Origin: Caldimicrobium thiodismutans
GTDB lineage: Bacteria; Desulfobacterota; Thermodesulfobacteria; Thermodesulfobacteriales; Thermodesulfobacteriaceae
Assembly: GCF_001548275.1 (NCBI RefSeq)
Contig: NZ_AP014945.1
Location: forward strand, 1,320,001 to 1,352,000
Length of the DNA: 32,000 nt
Direction: 5' to 3'
The position numbers were made by a program, and so were the translations under genes. A model generated the notes under the pieces. That model saw only the letters and a list, made by a program, of their open reading frames with translations, was not told the origin of the DNA and ran no database searches. Below are positions 1-9,283 of the stretch, piece after piece; the stretch's first letter is position 1, and every line of letters begins with the position of its first letter.

Positions 1-768
1 ATGGGAACCTTGTATGGAGCTTATTTGGTTTTTATGACTATAGAATTTATATTGCTTCTTCTCGAGCAACATAGATATGCTATGTTAGCAGGACTCCTTG
101 GATTGATCTCAGGAATAGCAGCTCATAGTAATCTTGGAGCAGTTTTTGGTATGCTCCATGGAAGAGAATTTTGGTATGGTCCTTATATGCCTATTTATTT
201 TATCGCCTCTGCTGCAGCTTCTGGGTGCACAGCCATAATTTTCTTTACCTATCTTGGTTATAAAATTACCGCTGAAAGAATGGACAGAGCTATGGAACTT
301 TCTTTACAGGCTGTAGGTAAGATTTGGGCCCTTTTTCTGGCAGTGCTGATGTTTTTTACAACCTGGAAGATTATAACTGGTCTTGCGGCAGGAGAGGGAA
401 AGGTTTTAGCTATCAAGGAGCTTACTACCGGTAAATATGCTCTTAATTTTTGGTTCTTTGAGGTGCTTCTCGGAATGGTTGGCCCATTCTTGTTACTTCT
501 GATTTCAGGTTTTAGAAATATCAATCAGATGTTTGTAGCCTCTGTGCTTGCTTTTATCGGGATCTTTTTCATGCGGGTGGATCTCGTTGTTATTGGCCAG
601 ATTGTTTCACACTATTTTGAATTTAATATAACCGATTTTCCGGTAATTTTGTCTTATAAACCCAGTATATATGAGATTATGGTTATTGTTGGAGCTATTG
701 CCTTTGCAATTATGGCCTTTCTGGTTGGGGAAAAGGTCTTTAAAGGGCATAAAACAGAAATTCATTAA
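1..768 (+). CDS. NrfD/PsrC-family polytopic membrane (quinone-interacting) subunit, 5' end outside window
   Basis: ORF open from the window edge. The product is strongly hydrophobic with multiple predicted helices. It is followed 15 nt later by a Tat-signal 4x[4Fe-4S] subunit and then a c-type cytochrome, the usual partners of NrfD-type subunits. Confidence 0.6.
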   Translation: MGTLYGAYLVFMTIEFILLLLEQHRYAMLAGLLGLISGIAAHSNLGAVFGMLHGREFWYGPYMPIYFIASAAASGCTAIIFFTYLGYKITAERMDRAMELSLQAVGKIWALFLAVLMFFTTWKIITGLAAGEGKVLAIKELTTGKYALNFWFFEVLLGMVGPFLLLLISGFRNINQMFVASVLAFIGIFFMRVDLVVIGQIVSHYFEFNITDFPVILSYKPSIYEIMVIVGAIAFAIMAFLVGEKVFKGHKTEIH

Positions 769-782
769 AGGAGGGGGAAATT

Positions 783-1541
783 ATGTTCAAAAACTTTAAA
801 GATTGGTTGCTGGGATTAAAGAATGAAGGAACAGAAAATATTCCTGATGAGACCAGAAGGGATTTTTTAAAGATAGGTTTAATTATAACCGGAGTTTTTG
901 CAGGAGGGAGCCTTTTTTCTGTAGTTTCAAGAGTAGCAGAGGGATTGGCAAGTCCTGAAGAATTGCATAAGAAGTATCCTTATAAACCTCACTATACTAT
1001 GGTTTTCAAGATGGATAGATGTATTGACTGTGAGCTATGTATGGAGGCCTGTGTGAAAACCAATCATGTTCCTGATTATGGTTGGAGAACTATGATCTTA
1101 AGAAGACATGATGAAACTGCAGTGGATCAAAAAACACTTTTTATGCCCATTCTTTGCAATCATTGTAATAATCCGCCTTGTGTAAGGGCATGTCCAACCA
1201 AAGCAACCATTAAGGATAAACAGACGGGAATTGTTAAGATGATCTCCTATAAGTGTATTGGATGTAAAACCTGTATGGTGGCCTGTCCTTATAATGCAAG
1301 GTATTTTAATGAGGAAAAACATGCAGTGGATAAATGTGATTTTTGCTGGGAATCCAGGCTTTCTAAAGGCGAAAAATTAACCGCCTGTGCAGCTGCCTGT
1401 CCAGCCGGGGTTAGAAACTTTGGTGATCTATCCGATCCGGGAAGTGAGGTTTATCAACTTGTGCATCAGTTAGCCAAACCTGTTTGGGTTTTAAAGCCTG
1501 AGACAGGGGCTAAGCCTAATGTCTTTTATACCATTAGCTAA
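783..1541 (+). CDS. Tat-exported 4x[4Fe-4S] ferredoxin-type subunit (NrfC/PsrB/DmsB/DsrO-like)
   Basis: Twin-arginine motif TRRDFLKIG followed by a hydrophobic stretch. Four cluster motifs: CIDCELCMEAC, CNHCNNPPCVRACP, CIGCKTCMVACP, CDFC...CAAACP. GGAGGGGG RBS upstream. Confidence 0.85.
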   Translation: MFKNFKDWLLGLKNEGTENIPDETRRDFLKIGLIITGVFAGGSLFSVVSRVAEGLASPEELHKKYPYKPHYTMVFKMDRCIDCELCMEACVKTNHVPDYGWRTMILRRHDETAVDQKTLFMPILCNHCNNPPCVRACPTKATIKDKQTGIVKMISYKCIGCKTCMVACPYNARYFNEEKHAVDKCDFCWESRLSKGEKLTACAAACPAGVRNFGDLSDPGSEVYQLVHQLAKPVWVLKPETGAKPNVFYTIS

Positions 1542-1553
1542 GGGAGGGAGAAA

Positions 1554-2006
1554 ATGCGCAAAGTGAAAATATTCGTAGGAACACTCACACTTCTTTTAGG
1601 TGTGGTTAGTCTTGCCTATGTTTCGGAAAAAAAGGAAAATCCTTCAAAGGAGGCAGAACTCCTTAATCAGGGTGTAGTTTATATGGAAAGTGAAGAGGCA
1701 GGGGGTCCTGAAATAGTTTATGCCAAGCCTGTAAGGGGAGTCCTTTTCAGCCATAAATACCATGCAAAGGAACTGGGACTTTCCTGTGAGTCTTGCCATT
1801 CCGGTATCTTTGAAATGCAGGCCTTAAAATCTCAAGAAAATCCTGACTTTAATATGGAGGCTCTTTATAAAGGAAAATATTGTGGAGCCTGCCATAATGG
1901 TCAGTCTGCTTTTGCTTCAAATACCAAGTGTGCAAACTGTCATATCGGGGTAAAGGGAATGAAAGAATATATCAAAAAGCTTGCGGTGAGTGAAAAGAAA
2001 AAATAG
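1554..2006 (+). CDS. Triheme c7/c3-type cytochrome c with N-terminal signal/anchor
   Basis: Three CXXCH motifs (CESCH, CGACH, CANCH) in the c7-like pattern FSHKYH...CxxCH...GKYCGACHNGQSAF...CANCH. N-terminal hydrophobic segment. GGGAGGGAG RBS. Confidence 0.8.
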   Translation: MRKVKIFVGTLTLLLGVVSLAYVSEKKENPSKEAELLNQGVVYMESEEAGGPEIVYAKPVRGVLFSHKYHAKELGLSCESCHSGIFEMQALKSQENPDFNMEALYKGKYCGACHNGQSAFASNTKCANCHIGVKGMKEYIKKLAVSEKKK

Positions 2007-2014
2007 GAATCTTA

Positions 2015-2035
2015 GGGGGCACAAGCCCCCTTTTT
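2015..2035. terminator. Bidirectional intrinsic terminator between convergent cytochrome genes
   Basis: GGGGGC-ACAA-GCCCCC stem-loop (2015-2030) followed by TTTTT on the + strand and preceded by an A-rich run for the - strand. Confidence 0.6.
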
Positions 2036-2037
2036 AT

Positions 2038-3003
2038 TTAACCACCCTGGTGGCAGGTTTCACAGTTAAAATTAGCTGATTTTCCCTCTCCATGACACAT
2101 GAAACAATACTGATCTTTTTTGTGAGTATCAAAGGTGATATTGCTTGTGCCAGCCTTCATCTTAAAAAGAGAGGGATGACAGGTATTACATTCAAACATC
2201 TGCACATGGAAGTTGTGGGAAAATTTGGCAGGATTTCCAGCCTTTGAAAGGATTATATCCCTCATCTGAATAGTTTCTTTGTTTTTTATATGGCAATTTG
2301 AACAAACTGTTTCTCCCTCACAGATATTGGCTGAAGCAAGATTTATAAATTCCCCTCCATGGGCTACCCTTCTATGACAGAAGACACAGTTGATGCCAGC
2401 TTTTATATGAGAGGCATGCTTTGGATCTATATCAGGATTTCGCCTCACAGGATCAGTCATGATATCTATCATGTTTTTAGAGGTTCTAAAAGCAGGATTT
2501 TTAACAGTATCAAGGGTTCTAAAGGTAATCCCTGCTAAAGTCATCATCCTGCTTGCGCGTATTTTCTGATTGTAATAATCGGTATGACAGAAAAGACAGG
2601 ACTCCATAGAAACCACTTTTGAGGCATATACTGGATCATTAAAGGCTTTATGAAGAATCTCAAGCATGTGCTTTTGACCCTTGAAGGCAAAATTGAAGGT
2701 ATCTTTTAAACCCTTCAATTTAGCCTGCATATAATTAAAAAATCCTGGTTCCCCGTGGCAGTCAAGACAGGCCACATTATTTTGGGAGTGAATGTTTTTA
2801 CCCCAAGTATAGACCTCAGCTAAAGGTCCTGTGCCTTCCTTGGGGTGACACTTAGCGCAAAACTGTGGGTTACTGGTAAAGTGTAGAACTTCTACATTAA
2901 TGTAAACAAAGGCGACCAGAAGACCAACCAGAATTAATAAAGTCAAAAGAGGCCTTCCTTGAATAAAGGCCTTGATTGAAGATACAATTCCTCCATTCCC
3001 CAT
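2038..3003 (-). CDS. Membrane-anchored octaheme cytochrome c, NapC/NirT-like N-terminal part fused to a c7-like triheme C-terminal part
   Basis: N-terminal TM helix. Eight CXXCH motifs (CAKCH, CLDCH, CLFCH, CVFCH, CSNCH, CNTCH, CFMCH, CETCH). The first two have NapC/NirT-type spacing. The C-terminal FSHNFH...CNTCH...CFMCHG...CETCH repeats the c7 pattern. Confidence 0.8.
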   Translation of the reverse strand: MGNGGIVSSIKAFIQGRPLLTLLILVGLLVAFVYINVEVLHFTSNPQFCAKCHPKEGTGPLAEVYTWGKNIHSQNNVACLDCHGEPGFFNYMQAKLKGLKDTFNFAFKGQKHMLEILHKAFNDPVYASKVVSMESCLFCHTDYYNQKIRASRMMTLAGITFRTLDTVKNPAFRTSKNMIDIMTDPVRRNPDIDPKHASHIKAGINCVFCHRRVAHGGEFINLASANICEGETVCSNCHIKNKETIQMRDIILSKAGNPAKFSHNFHVQMFECNTCHPSLFKMKAGTSNITFDTHKKDQYCFMCHGEGKSANFNCETCHQGG

Positions 3004-3287
3004 AAGCCCCCTCCTAAAATAAATTTATAAATTAATTAGGGTTTTTATTTTAAGCCAAAAAGATAAATTGACAAGTATCCGAATTGCCTCATTAAAAATC
3101 TATTCGAAATTTTATCGTTGCCTCATATAAAAAATCTCAGCTCCTCTCTTGAACCTTCAAGAAAAAACTATCTATTTCGCTCCTCTTGAATTTAAGAGCT
3201 TAGTTATTTCGCAAAGCTTATTTCAAAGGAAAGAGTGGGTGGGAAGGTAAAATAAAATCCTTTAGAAAATTAAATGAGGCATTATAG

Positions 3288-3399
3288 CGTATAAGTCCAT
3301 ATCTTTTGAGACTCCATAGGATTTTTTCTACTACTTCTCCTATTACCTCTCACCTTTTACCACCCTCCATTTCTCTTTGTAAGGATGTGAATTTATGCA
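3288..3399 (-). mobile_element. MITE-like short copy (112 bp) of the Rpn-associated TIR repeat family
   Basis: On the - strand it reads TGCATAAATTCACATCCTTACAAAGAG...GAGTCTCAAAAGATATGGACTTATACG. Both ends match the family ends seen at 8872, 10873, 12800, 16482 and 19283. Boundaries are good to a few nt. Confidence 0.7.
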
Positions 3400-3405
3400 C
3401 CCTTT

Positions 3406-4275
3406 TTATATTTGAGACAGGAGGTCATAGAGAAGACCTCCACCTATGGAGAGTATTAACCAGGAGAAAAGATAGTAAAGGACCACTTTTAGCGGTAAGA
3501 AGCGTAAGGAAGCTATTAAAGTAGGGACACAGATCCCACTCCCAGCCAGAACAAAGACCATGGCCTGCCCAGGGGTAAAACCAAGGTCAAGAAAGGCTTT
3601 TGCTAAAGGCACTTCCTCCCCTGAGCAAACATAAATAGGGATAGAAATGAGGGCTATCAAAAAATAAGAAAGGGAGCTTTTAGATAGAAAGGTCAATTTT
3701 TCAGGGGGTAAAAAGGTTACAAGTAGGGAGGCTATCAAGAGGCCAAGAAAAAGATATTTTCCTATCTCAAGCCCCTCTTCTTTGAAAGCAGACCACACCT
3801 TTTTAAGATTTTTTTTCTTTGGAAGGGGTTCACCTTCTGAATATTCAAGGGTCTTTTCTTTCTTTTTAAAAAGAAAAAGGGTCAAATAAGCAAGAATAAT
3901 AGAGATAAGAAAGCTAAAAATGAGTCGAAAAAGGGCAAATTTAGGCCCAAGTAATCCTAAGGTCAAAAAAATAGTTACAGGGGAAATAACCGGACCAATC
4001 ATGAGGAAGGCAAGGACTGGGGCAAAGTTAAAGGAAAAGTTGTGAATATAATAGGCTAAAGGAATCACAGAGCAAGAACAAACAGGCAAAAGGGCAGCCA
4101 GTGTCCCTGTTAAAAAGGGGGCAGATTTTTTAAGTCTTAGAACCCTGATAATAAGAGAGGTATCTAAATATACCTTTAAAAAACTTACTATAAAAAGGGC
4201 CAGAATAAAATAAGGTAAGATAGCTACACTATAATCCCAAAAATGCCATAGAAATTTAAAGAAGATTTCTTGCAT
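3406..4275 (-). CDS. Predicted permease of the ArsP/DUF318 (COG0701) type with CxC motif
   Basis: Polytopic membrane protein with the family-typical LLPVCSCSVIPLA motif. Its start abuts the stop of the upstream histidine kinase, so they share an operon. Confidence 0.7.
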   Translation of the reverse strand: MQEIFFKFLWHFWDYSVAILPYFILALFIVSFLKVYLDTSLIIRVLRLKKSAPFLTGTLAALLPVCSCSVIPLAYYIHNFSFNFAPVLAFLMIGPVISPVTIFLTLGLLGPKFALFRLIFSFLISIILAYLTLFLFKKKEKTLEYSEGEPLPKKKNLKKVWSAFKEEGLEIGKYLFLGLLIASLLVTFLPPEKLTFLSKSSLSYFLIALISIPIYVCSGEEVPLAKAFLDLGFTPGQAMVFVLAGSGICVPTLIASLRFLPLKVVLYYLFSWLILSIGGGLLYDLLSQI

Positions 4276-6825
4276 TTATTTTAAAACCTCAAGTACCTTA
4301 GATAGGGAAAAAGGTTTGTAAAGGATAGCATCCAAATTGAGGCCCTCAGCCTCTTTTTTAAGTTCTTCTTCAGTAAAGCCAGTAATTATAATACTTTTTA
4401 CTTTTCTAAGGTCAAAACCTATCTCCTGAAGTCGGCGTAAGAGGTAAATCCCACCTTTTCCCTTTGGAACGGTCAAATCAAGAATTAGATGGGTATAAGG
4501 ATTTCCCTCTCGTTCAGCAGATAAAATCATCTCAAAGGCAGTCTCCCCTTCTTCTGCAGTCTCAATCTGAATGCCCTGCTCACTTAAAAATTCTTTTAGA
4601 ACCTCTCGGATTTCAGCTTCATCGTCCATAACCAAGACCTTTAAAGTCCCCTTTGCTTTTTTAGAAGGCTCAACTTCAACACCCTTTAGGGATTTAACCG
4701 AGGGAAAGAAAAGTGTAACGCTTGTGCCTTCACCAGGATGGCTAAATATCTCAATTTTACCATTATACATATCCATAATTCTTTTGACCACATAGAGCCC
4801 AAGACCTGTCCCATGGGCCTTAGTGGTAAAACCTGGCTCAAAAATTTTATTTTTCACCTCTTCAGGTATACCTGGCCCTGTATCAGATACCTCAACCTTG
4901 ATAAAATTATCCACCTTTTGCGCTTTTATTCTCAATTCTCCGGAGTTTTCCATAGCCTCTCTGGCATTAAGAATAAGGTTTTGGATAATAGAAAGAAGAT
5001 GATTCTCCTGTAAATTAACAAAAAGATTTTCTTCAATATCCAGAGTTAAAGCCACAGATGAGCCTTTAAGATAAAAGGGAGCCCACTTCTTTAAGAATTC
5101 TCCTAAATTAATAAATTCTTCCCGTTTGAGTTCTCCTCTTGAAATAATAAAGAGCTCAGAGACAAGGTTTTTCATACGGTCAAAAGCCTCTTCTACTTTG
5201 GAAAGATAATTAAGTTCCTTTTCCCCATACTTTTTAAGTCTTTCTCCAAGGAGCTCAAGATAACCCTTTATAATCATGAGAAGATTATTTAGATCATGGG
5301 CAAGGCCTCCAGCTATCTTTTCAAGAACAATTTCTTTTTCCTCTCTGAAAAGTTTCTCCTCAATAAGTTTTCTTTCCGTTACATCTTGAATAATTCCTAT
5401 GAAAAGCCTTTTACCTTCAAAAATAAACTCGTCAAAATATACCTCTGCAGGAAAGAGCTCTCCTGTCTTTCTGCGGGCTTGAAATTCAATTCTCCTTTTG
5501 GCAAGCTTAGACTTTTCTCCCATAGAAATTTTTTGAAAGACCTCTTTAGCTCGTTTTCTTAAATTAGGATCAGCTACAAGGAGTTGGTGTAGATTCACTC
5601 CTTTAAGCTCATCTATGGAATAACCAGTAATCTCTGAAAGTCTTGAATTTACAAAAATTACCTTATCTTCTGTATCTATGACAGAAACTCCGATAGGTAA
5701 AAATTCAAGCACTCTCTGAATGAAATTAAAGGCCTCTTCTTTTAATCTTAAGTATTCTGTAATATCTTCAAAGGCTGAGTAGATAAGTTTTTTTCCATTT
5801 TCTTCATAAAGCCTTGATGAGATAAGGGCTGTATATGACTCACCTGAGAGTCTTTTATATTTAAACTCAAGATGGTTAATCTTTTTTTCCTTGATAAGTT
5901 TTTCTATAAAGGCCTTTCTGTCCTCGGGATTAAGCCAGAAGTCTTGATCCCTGTAATTTTTTAAAAGGGCAGGATCAGAGACCCCAAAAAGCTCCCTTGC
6001 CCTGCGATTTACTCTAAGAATTTCTCCCTCTGGTGTTGAAACTACAAGCGCAATTCCTGACTCTTCAAAAAGCCTGATCTGCTCAGTAATATCAGCGTAA
6101 AAAGTGATTTTGTAAATCTTTTCGGAATTTATCTTAAAGATTTTGAAATGCCTTATAAAATACTTGTCTAAGAGCGGGGAATAAACCTCCTTTTCTTCTT
6201 CAACTTTTCCCTCAATAAGGAGTGGACACTTTGAACAGGGTTTATCATTTCCAAAGATTAATTCATAACATTTGGGATGCTCAGTATTACAGAGTCTTTT
6301 GAGGTTTTCGTTCATGTAAAGGATGTTAAACTTCTCATCATTTACAAAGAATAAACCAGGATAGGTATCAACAACTGCTTCTAAAAGCCTTCTAAGTTCC
6401 GCTTTTTGGGTTTCATCTTCAATGAAATGAAGATATCCAATGGGTATATCTTCCTCATAGAGGGGAAAAAGGGTAACCCTGAGGTATTTTTTAAGCCTTG
6501 GCTCATAAAAGTCTTTAAAAAAAATGCCCTTAGATTTGGTTTTTTTATCTTCTGGGCAGATTTTACAAGTAGGGCAGAAGGCTGTATTAGTTTCACAGCC
6601 TGAAAGGAGACAGGGCTCTCCTTCCTTAAGAGGACAAAAATTGGGAAGCTCCTTTAGCCCATGCACCACTTCATAACAGTATTTTCCCTCAAGGTCTTCT
6701 CTTTTTTTATTTAGAAGCCTTAAAAAAGGCTCATTGACCTTAAGAATCTTATTATCAATACTTAAGAAAAAGGCCGGGAATCTTGATTCCTCAAGAACCC
6801 TTTCTACATTAAGATTTAATTTCAT
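4276..6825 (-). CDS. Multi-PAS hybrid sensor histidine kinase with C-terminal receiver domain
   Basis: H-box AGGLAHDLNNLL, N-box IIQNLILNAREAM, G-boxes VSDTGPGIP and GTGLGLYVV. Receiver VLVMDDE...ILDLTVPKGKGG...KPF. Several PAS-like repeats. N-terminal Cys-rich segments (CPLKEGEPCLLSGCETNTAFCPTCKICP and CYELIFGNDKPCSKCP). Confidence 0.9.
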   Translation of the reverse strand: MKLNLNVERVLEESRFPAFFLSIDNKILKVNEPFLRLLNKKREDLEGKYCYEVVHGLKELPNFCPLKEGEPCLLSGCETNTAFCPTCKICPEDKKTKSKGIFFKDFYEPRLKKYLRVTLFPLYEEDIPIGYLHFIEDETQKAELRRLLEAVVDTYPGLFFVNDEKFNILYMNENLKRLCNTEHPKCYELIFGNDKPCSKCPLLIEGKVEEEKEVYSPLLDKYFIRHFKIFKINSEKIYKITFYADITEQIRLFEESGIALVVSTPEGEILRVNRRARELFGVSDPALLKNYRDQDFWLNPEDRKAFIEKLIKEKKINHLEFKYKRLSGESYTALISSRLYEENGKKLIYSAFEDITEYLRLKEEAFNFIQRVLEFLPIGVSVIDTEDKVIFVNSRLSEITGYSIDELKGVNLHQLLVADPNLRKRAKEVFQKISMGEKSKLAKRRIEFQARRKTGELFPAEVYFDEFIFEGKRLFIGIIQDVTERKLIEEKLFREEKEIVLEKIAGGLAHDLNNLLMIIKGYLELLGERLKKYGEKELNYLSKVEEAFDRMKNLVSELFIISRGELKREEFINLGEFLKKWAPFYLKGSSVALTLDIEENLFVNLQENHLLSIIQNLILNAREAMENSGELRIKAQKVDNFIKVEVSDTGPGIPEEVKNKIFEPGFTTKAHGTGLGLYVVKRIMDMYNGKIEIFSHPGEGTSVTLFFPSVKSLKGVEVEPSKKAKGTLKVLVMDDEAEIREVLKEFLSEQGIQIETAEEGETAFEMILSAEREGNPYTHLILDLTVPKGKGGIYLLRRLQEIGFDLRKVKSIIITGFTEEELKKEAEGLNLDAILYKPFSLSKVLEVLK

Positions 6826-7033
6826 CCTCTTTGCAGCAATCCTTTATGCCAAGTTTTCTGTAAAGGCTCATAACAGGGCACCAATTGGTAAAAGCTGATT
6901 GAATATGATTTAGACTCATAAAAAGCAGGAAGGCCTTCCAGAACCAGTGAACATTTGAGCCCCATATGCCAAAAATAAAGAGAATTAACATGGCAATACC
7001 AGCAGTAAGCCTTAAGGCTCTATCCATGGTCAT
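6809..7033 (-). CDS. DUF2892 (YgaP-like transmembrane domain) small membrane protein
   Basis: Two TM helices and the characteristic C-terminal ...QSAFTNWCPVMSLYRKLG motif. Overlaps the kinase start by 17 nt. Confidence 0.7.
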   Translation of the reverse strand: MTMDRALRLTAGIAMLILFIFGIWGSNVHWFWKAFLLFMSLNHIQSAFTNWCPVMSLYRKLGIKDCCKEDEIKS

Positions 7034-7047
7034 GGCACAACCCCCCT

Positions 7048-8451
7048 TTAATATTCTTCTTCTGTCCAGAATTCTTTTCTAAAACGCATGACCTTATTTC
7101 TGCCTGCTTCTTTGGCCTTATAAAGGGCAATATCTGCAAACTTAATTGCCTCCCAGATGGCAGATGTATCTTGGGGGAATTCTGAAACCCCAATAGATAT
7201 AGTTCTTCTGATTATGCCCTTGGGTGTTTTAAACTCATATAACTCAATAGCCTTTCTCAATTTTTCCGCTACCTTTTCCGCCTCTCCCTCTTTGATATCC
7301 AAAAGTAACACCAGAAATTCCTCTCCTCCAAATCTTACCACAAGATCTGATTTTCGCACATTTCCTGCAAGTAACTGAGAAGTTTCTTTTAAGACAAGAT
7401 CTCCCACATCATGTCCGTATTTATCATTAATGGATTTAAAATAGTCAAGATCACACATTAAGACCCCAAGACCTGTCCCCCTTCTTAAGATCTGAGCAAC
7501 TAAATTGTCAATTATGCCCTCCAAGAATCTTCGGTTGTAAAGATTGGTAAGGGGATCTCTATAGGTCTGTTCTTTTAGGGCCTCAGCAAAGCGTTTGGAT
7601 TCTATGACCGGAGCAGTTTCATCTATATACCTGTGCACCAAATGAAGTTTTTCTCTAAACTTTTTAGCAGTCAAAGAAACTTCAGTTGCAGGAAGATGAA
7701 TTTCCACCACCCCAAGAACTTTGTTCCCTGATAATATGGGGATACAATAATGATTGGTTACATCTAAATATTCATAAAGTTTACATACATGAGGCGCATC
7801 AAGAGAGGTAACCACTTTTCCTGTTCTTTTAGCTCTGCATCTATCGGCATTAAATAGTTTTTCGGCATTAATCTCAAGCTCCTCATCAGATACATAAACG
7901 GGTTTCATGGTATTTTGAGAATTAGATACCTCGTAGATGACAAAGCTTGAAAAGGTAAGATTCTTGAGGTGTTCTCCCAGCCTTTCATAGACATCTTCTA
8001 CATTTTCATCATTTTCTATGAGGTGTCTAAAGGTTTGTAAGTGTGAAAAATTTTTTACCAAGATATTTACCTTCTCAGCAAGATCACCAATTTCATCCTT
8101 GATTTTAAATTTGAAAAAACCTTCTGCATTGAGACATTCAGGATTATAAATAAGCGTATCTAAAATATTTTTTATTCTATCTAAGGGCCTTTTGATCATG
8201 TACCAAAAGGCAATAGCTCCCCAGATAAGAAAGATAAAAATTAGAATTGTAAGAAAAAAAATAGCCCTTTTAAAATAAAAGGATTCATAGCTTGAAATAC
8301 CAGCTTGGCTTAAAAGATTCAGGGTCTCTGAATAAAAATAAAAAGTCAAGGTAAAATTGGTTATAACGCAAACTGCTATTATAAAGCCTACTTTCCAAAA
8401 GAGGCTCCGGTTTAATAAGAACTCAAAAAAGTTCTTTAATTTTGATCCCAT
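7048..8451 (-). CDS. Membrane-anchored diguanylate cyclase (TM-HAMP-GAF-like-GGDEF)
   Basis: Active-site RFGGEEFLVLL with an RxxD I-site (RKSD) five residues upstream. DPLTNLYNRR linker. N-terminal TM segments. Confidence 0.9.
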   Translation of the reverse strand: MGSKLKNFFEFLLNRSLFWKVGFIIAVCVITNFTLTFYFYSETLNLLSQAGISSYESFYFKRAIFFLTILIFIFLIWGAIAFWYMIKRPLDRIKNILDTLIYNPECLNAEGFFKFKIKDEIGDLAEKVNILVKNFSHLQTFRHLIENDENVEDVYERLGEHLKNLTFSSFVIYEVSNSQNTMKPVYVSDEELEINAEKLFNADRCRAKRTGKVVTSLDAPHVCKLYEYLDVTNHYCIPILSGNKVLGVVEIHLPATEVSLTAKKFREKLHLVHRYIDETAPVIESKRFAEALKEQTYRDPLTNLYNRRFLEGIIDNLVAQILRRGTGLGVLMCDLDYFKSINDKYGHDVGDLVLKETSQLLAGNVRKSDLVVRFGGEEFLVLLLDIKEGEAEKVAEKLRKAIELYEFKTPKGIIRRTISIGVSEFPQDTSAIWEAIKFADIALYKAKEAGRNKVMRFRKEFWTEEEY

Positions 8452-8871
8452 AAGGCCTTCCCCTTTGTAATTTTTACAAAAAAAATTATAATCTGCATTT
8501 TCATAAAGTAAAGAAAAAAAAATAGATAAATTTAAGATTTAATCTCTTGAGAAGATTTTTTTCTTGCAAAGGAATATATAATGGGCATATACATAGGTTA
8601 AATCAAAGAATTTATACAGGGGAGGCTTTACATTTAATGATAAAGGGAAACTCAAATTTATTTGCTTCCCTCCCCTCCTTTTAATTGTCAATTTTTCCCG
8701 GGAATAATTCCCTTTTTCTCTAAAAAGTCTCTCTCAGGCAATTTCTTATATTTCCGTATCTTTCTGTAAAGCTTCTTTCCTATCTACCCAGTTTTTCCTT
8801 TAATACGAGCTTTGCCAGGGGACTTAAAGTCTACCTCTCGTAAATTTAAGAGGAGCAAAATAACCTCTCTC

Positions 8872-9216
8872 TGCATAAGTTCAGATCCTTACAAGAAAAA
8901 GGAAGGGTGATAAAAGAGGAATTAGCTATCTTTACGAGGGAAGCTTTACAAGTCTGAAAGTAACACAGGCAATCTTGCCTGTGGAGGTAAATTACACTCC
9001 AATGTATGAAAGAAACACAGACAAGAATGTCTGTACTACAACAGACCCACAAAAAAATTCAAGGGGTATAAAATTTTAAACCCCTACTTAAGGAAAGATT
9101 TTGCAGATTTTTTATCCTTTCTTTCCGAAAGGGAATGGGTATGTGGAGAGATTTAATTTGTGTTCCGTCCTATGAAAAAAAATTTTTTTGAGTCTCAAAA
9201 GCTTTGGACTTATACA
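8872..9216 (+). mobile_element. MITE-like long copy (345 bp) of the Rpn-associated TIR repeat family, carries the three-hairpin cargo
   Basis: Left end TGCATAAGTTCAGATCCTTACAAGAAAAAGG, right end GAGTCTCAAAAGCTTTGGACTTATACA. The first ~215 bp are about 88-90% identical by eye to 19283-19500. Confidence 0.75.
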
Positions 9217-9222
9217 AACCTC

Positions 9223-9251
9223 TTGACTCTAAGAGAAATATTTGAAATAAT
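9223..9251 (+). promoter_or_regulatory. Putative sigma70-type promoter of the GYD gene (TTGACT-N17-AATAAT)
   Basis: -35 TTGACT at 9223-9228, 17-nt spacer, -10 AATAAT at 9246-9251, 32 nt before the ATG. Starts 6 nt after the repeat right end. Sequence-only prediction. Confidence 0.35.
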
Positions 9252-9283
9252 AATTATATAAAAATCAGGAAAGGAGGGAGGCC

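Noticed and set aside
8846-9052. 68-aa ORF (- strand) inside the long repeat copy, and the 94-aa ORF 19207..19491 (+ strand) inside its paralogue
   Set aside because: The two paralogous DNA copies give ORFs on opposite strands, so there is no conserved frame. The products are low-complexity or Cys-rich nonsense. They are best explained as non-coding repeat DNA.
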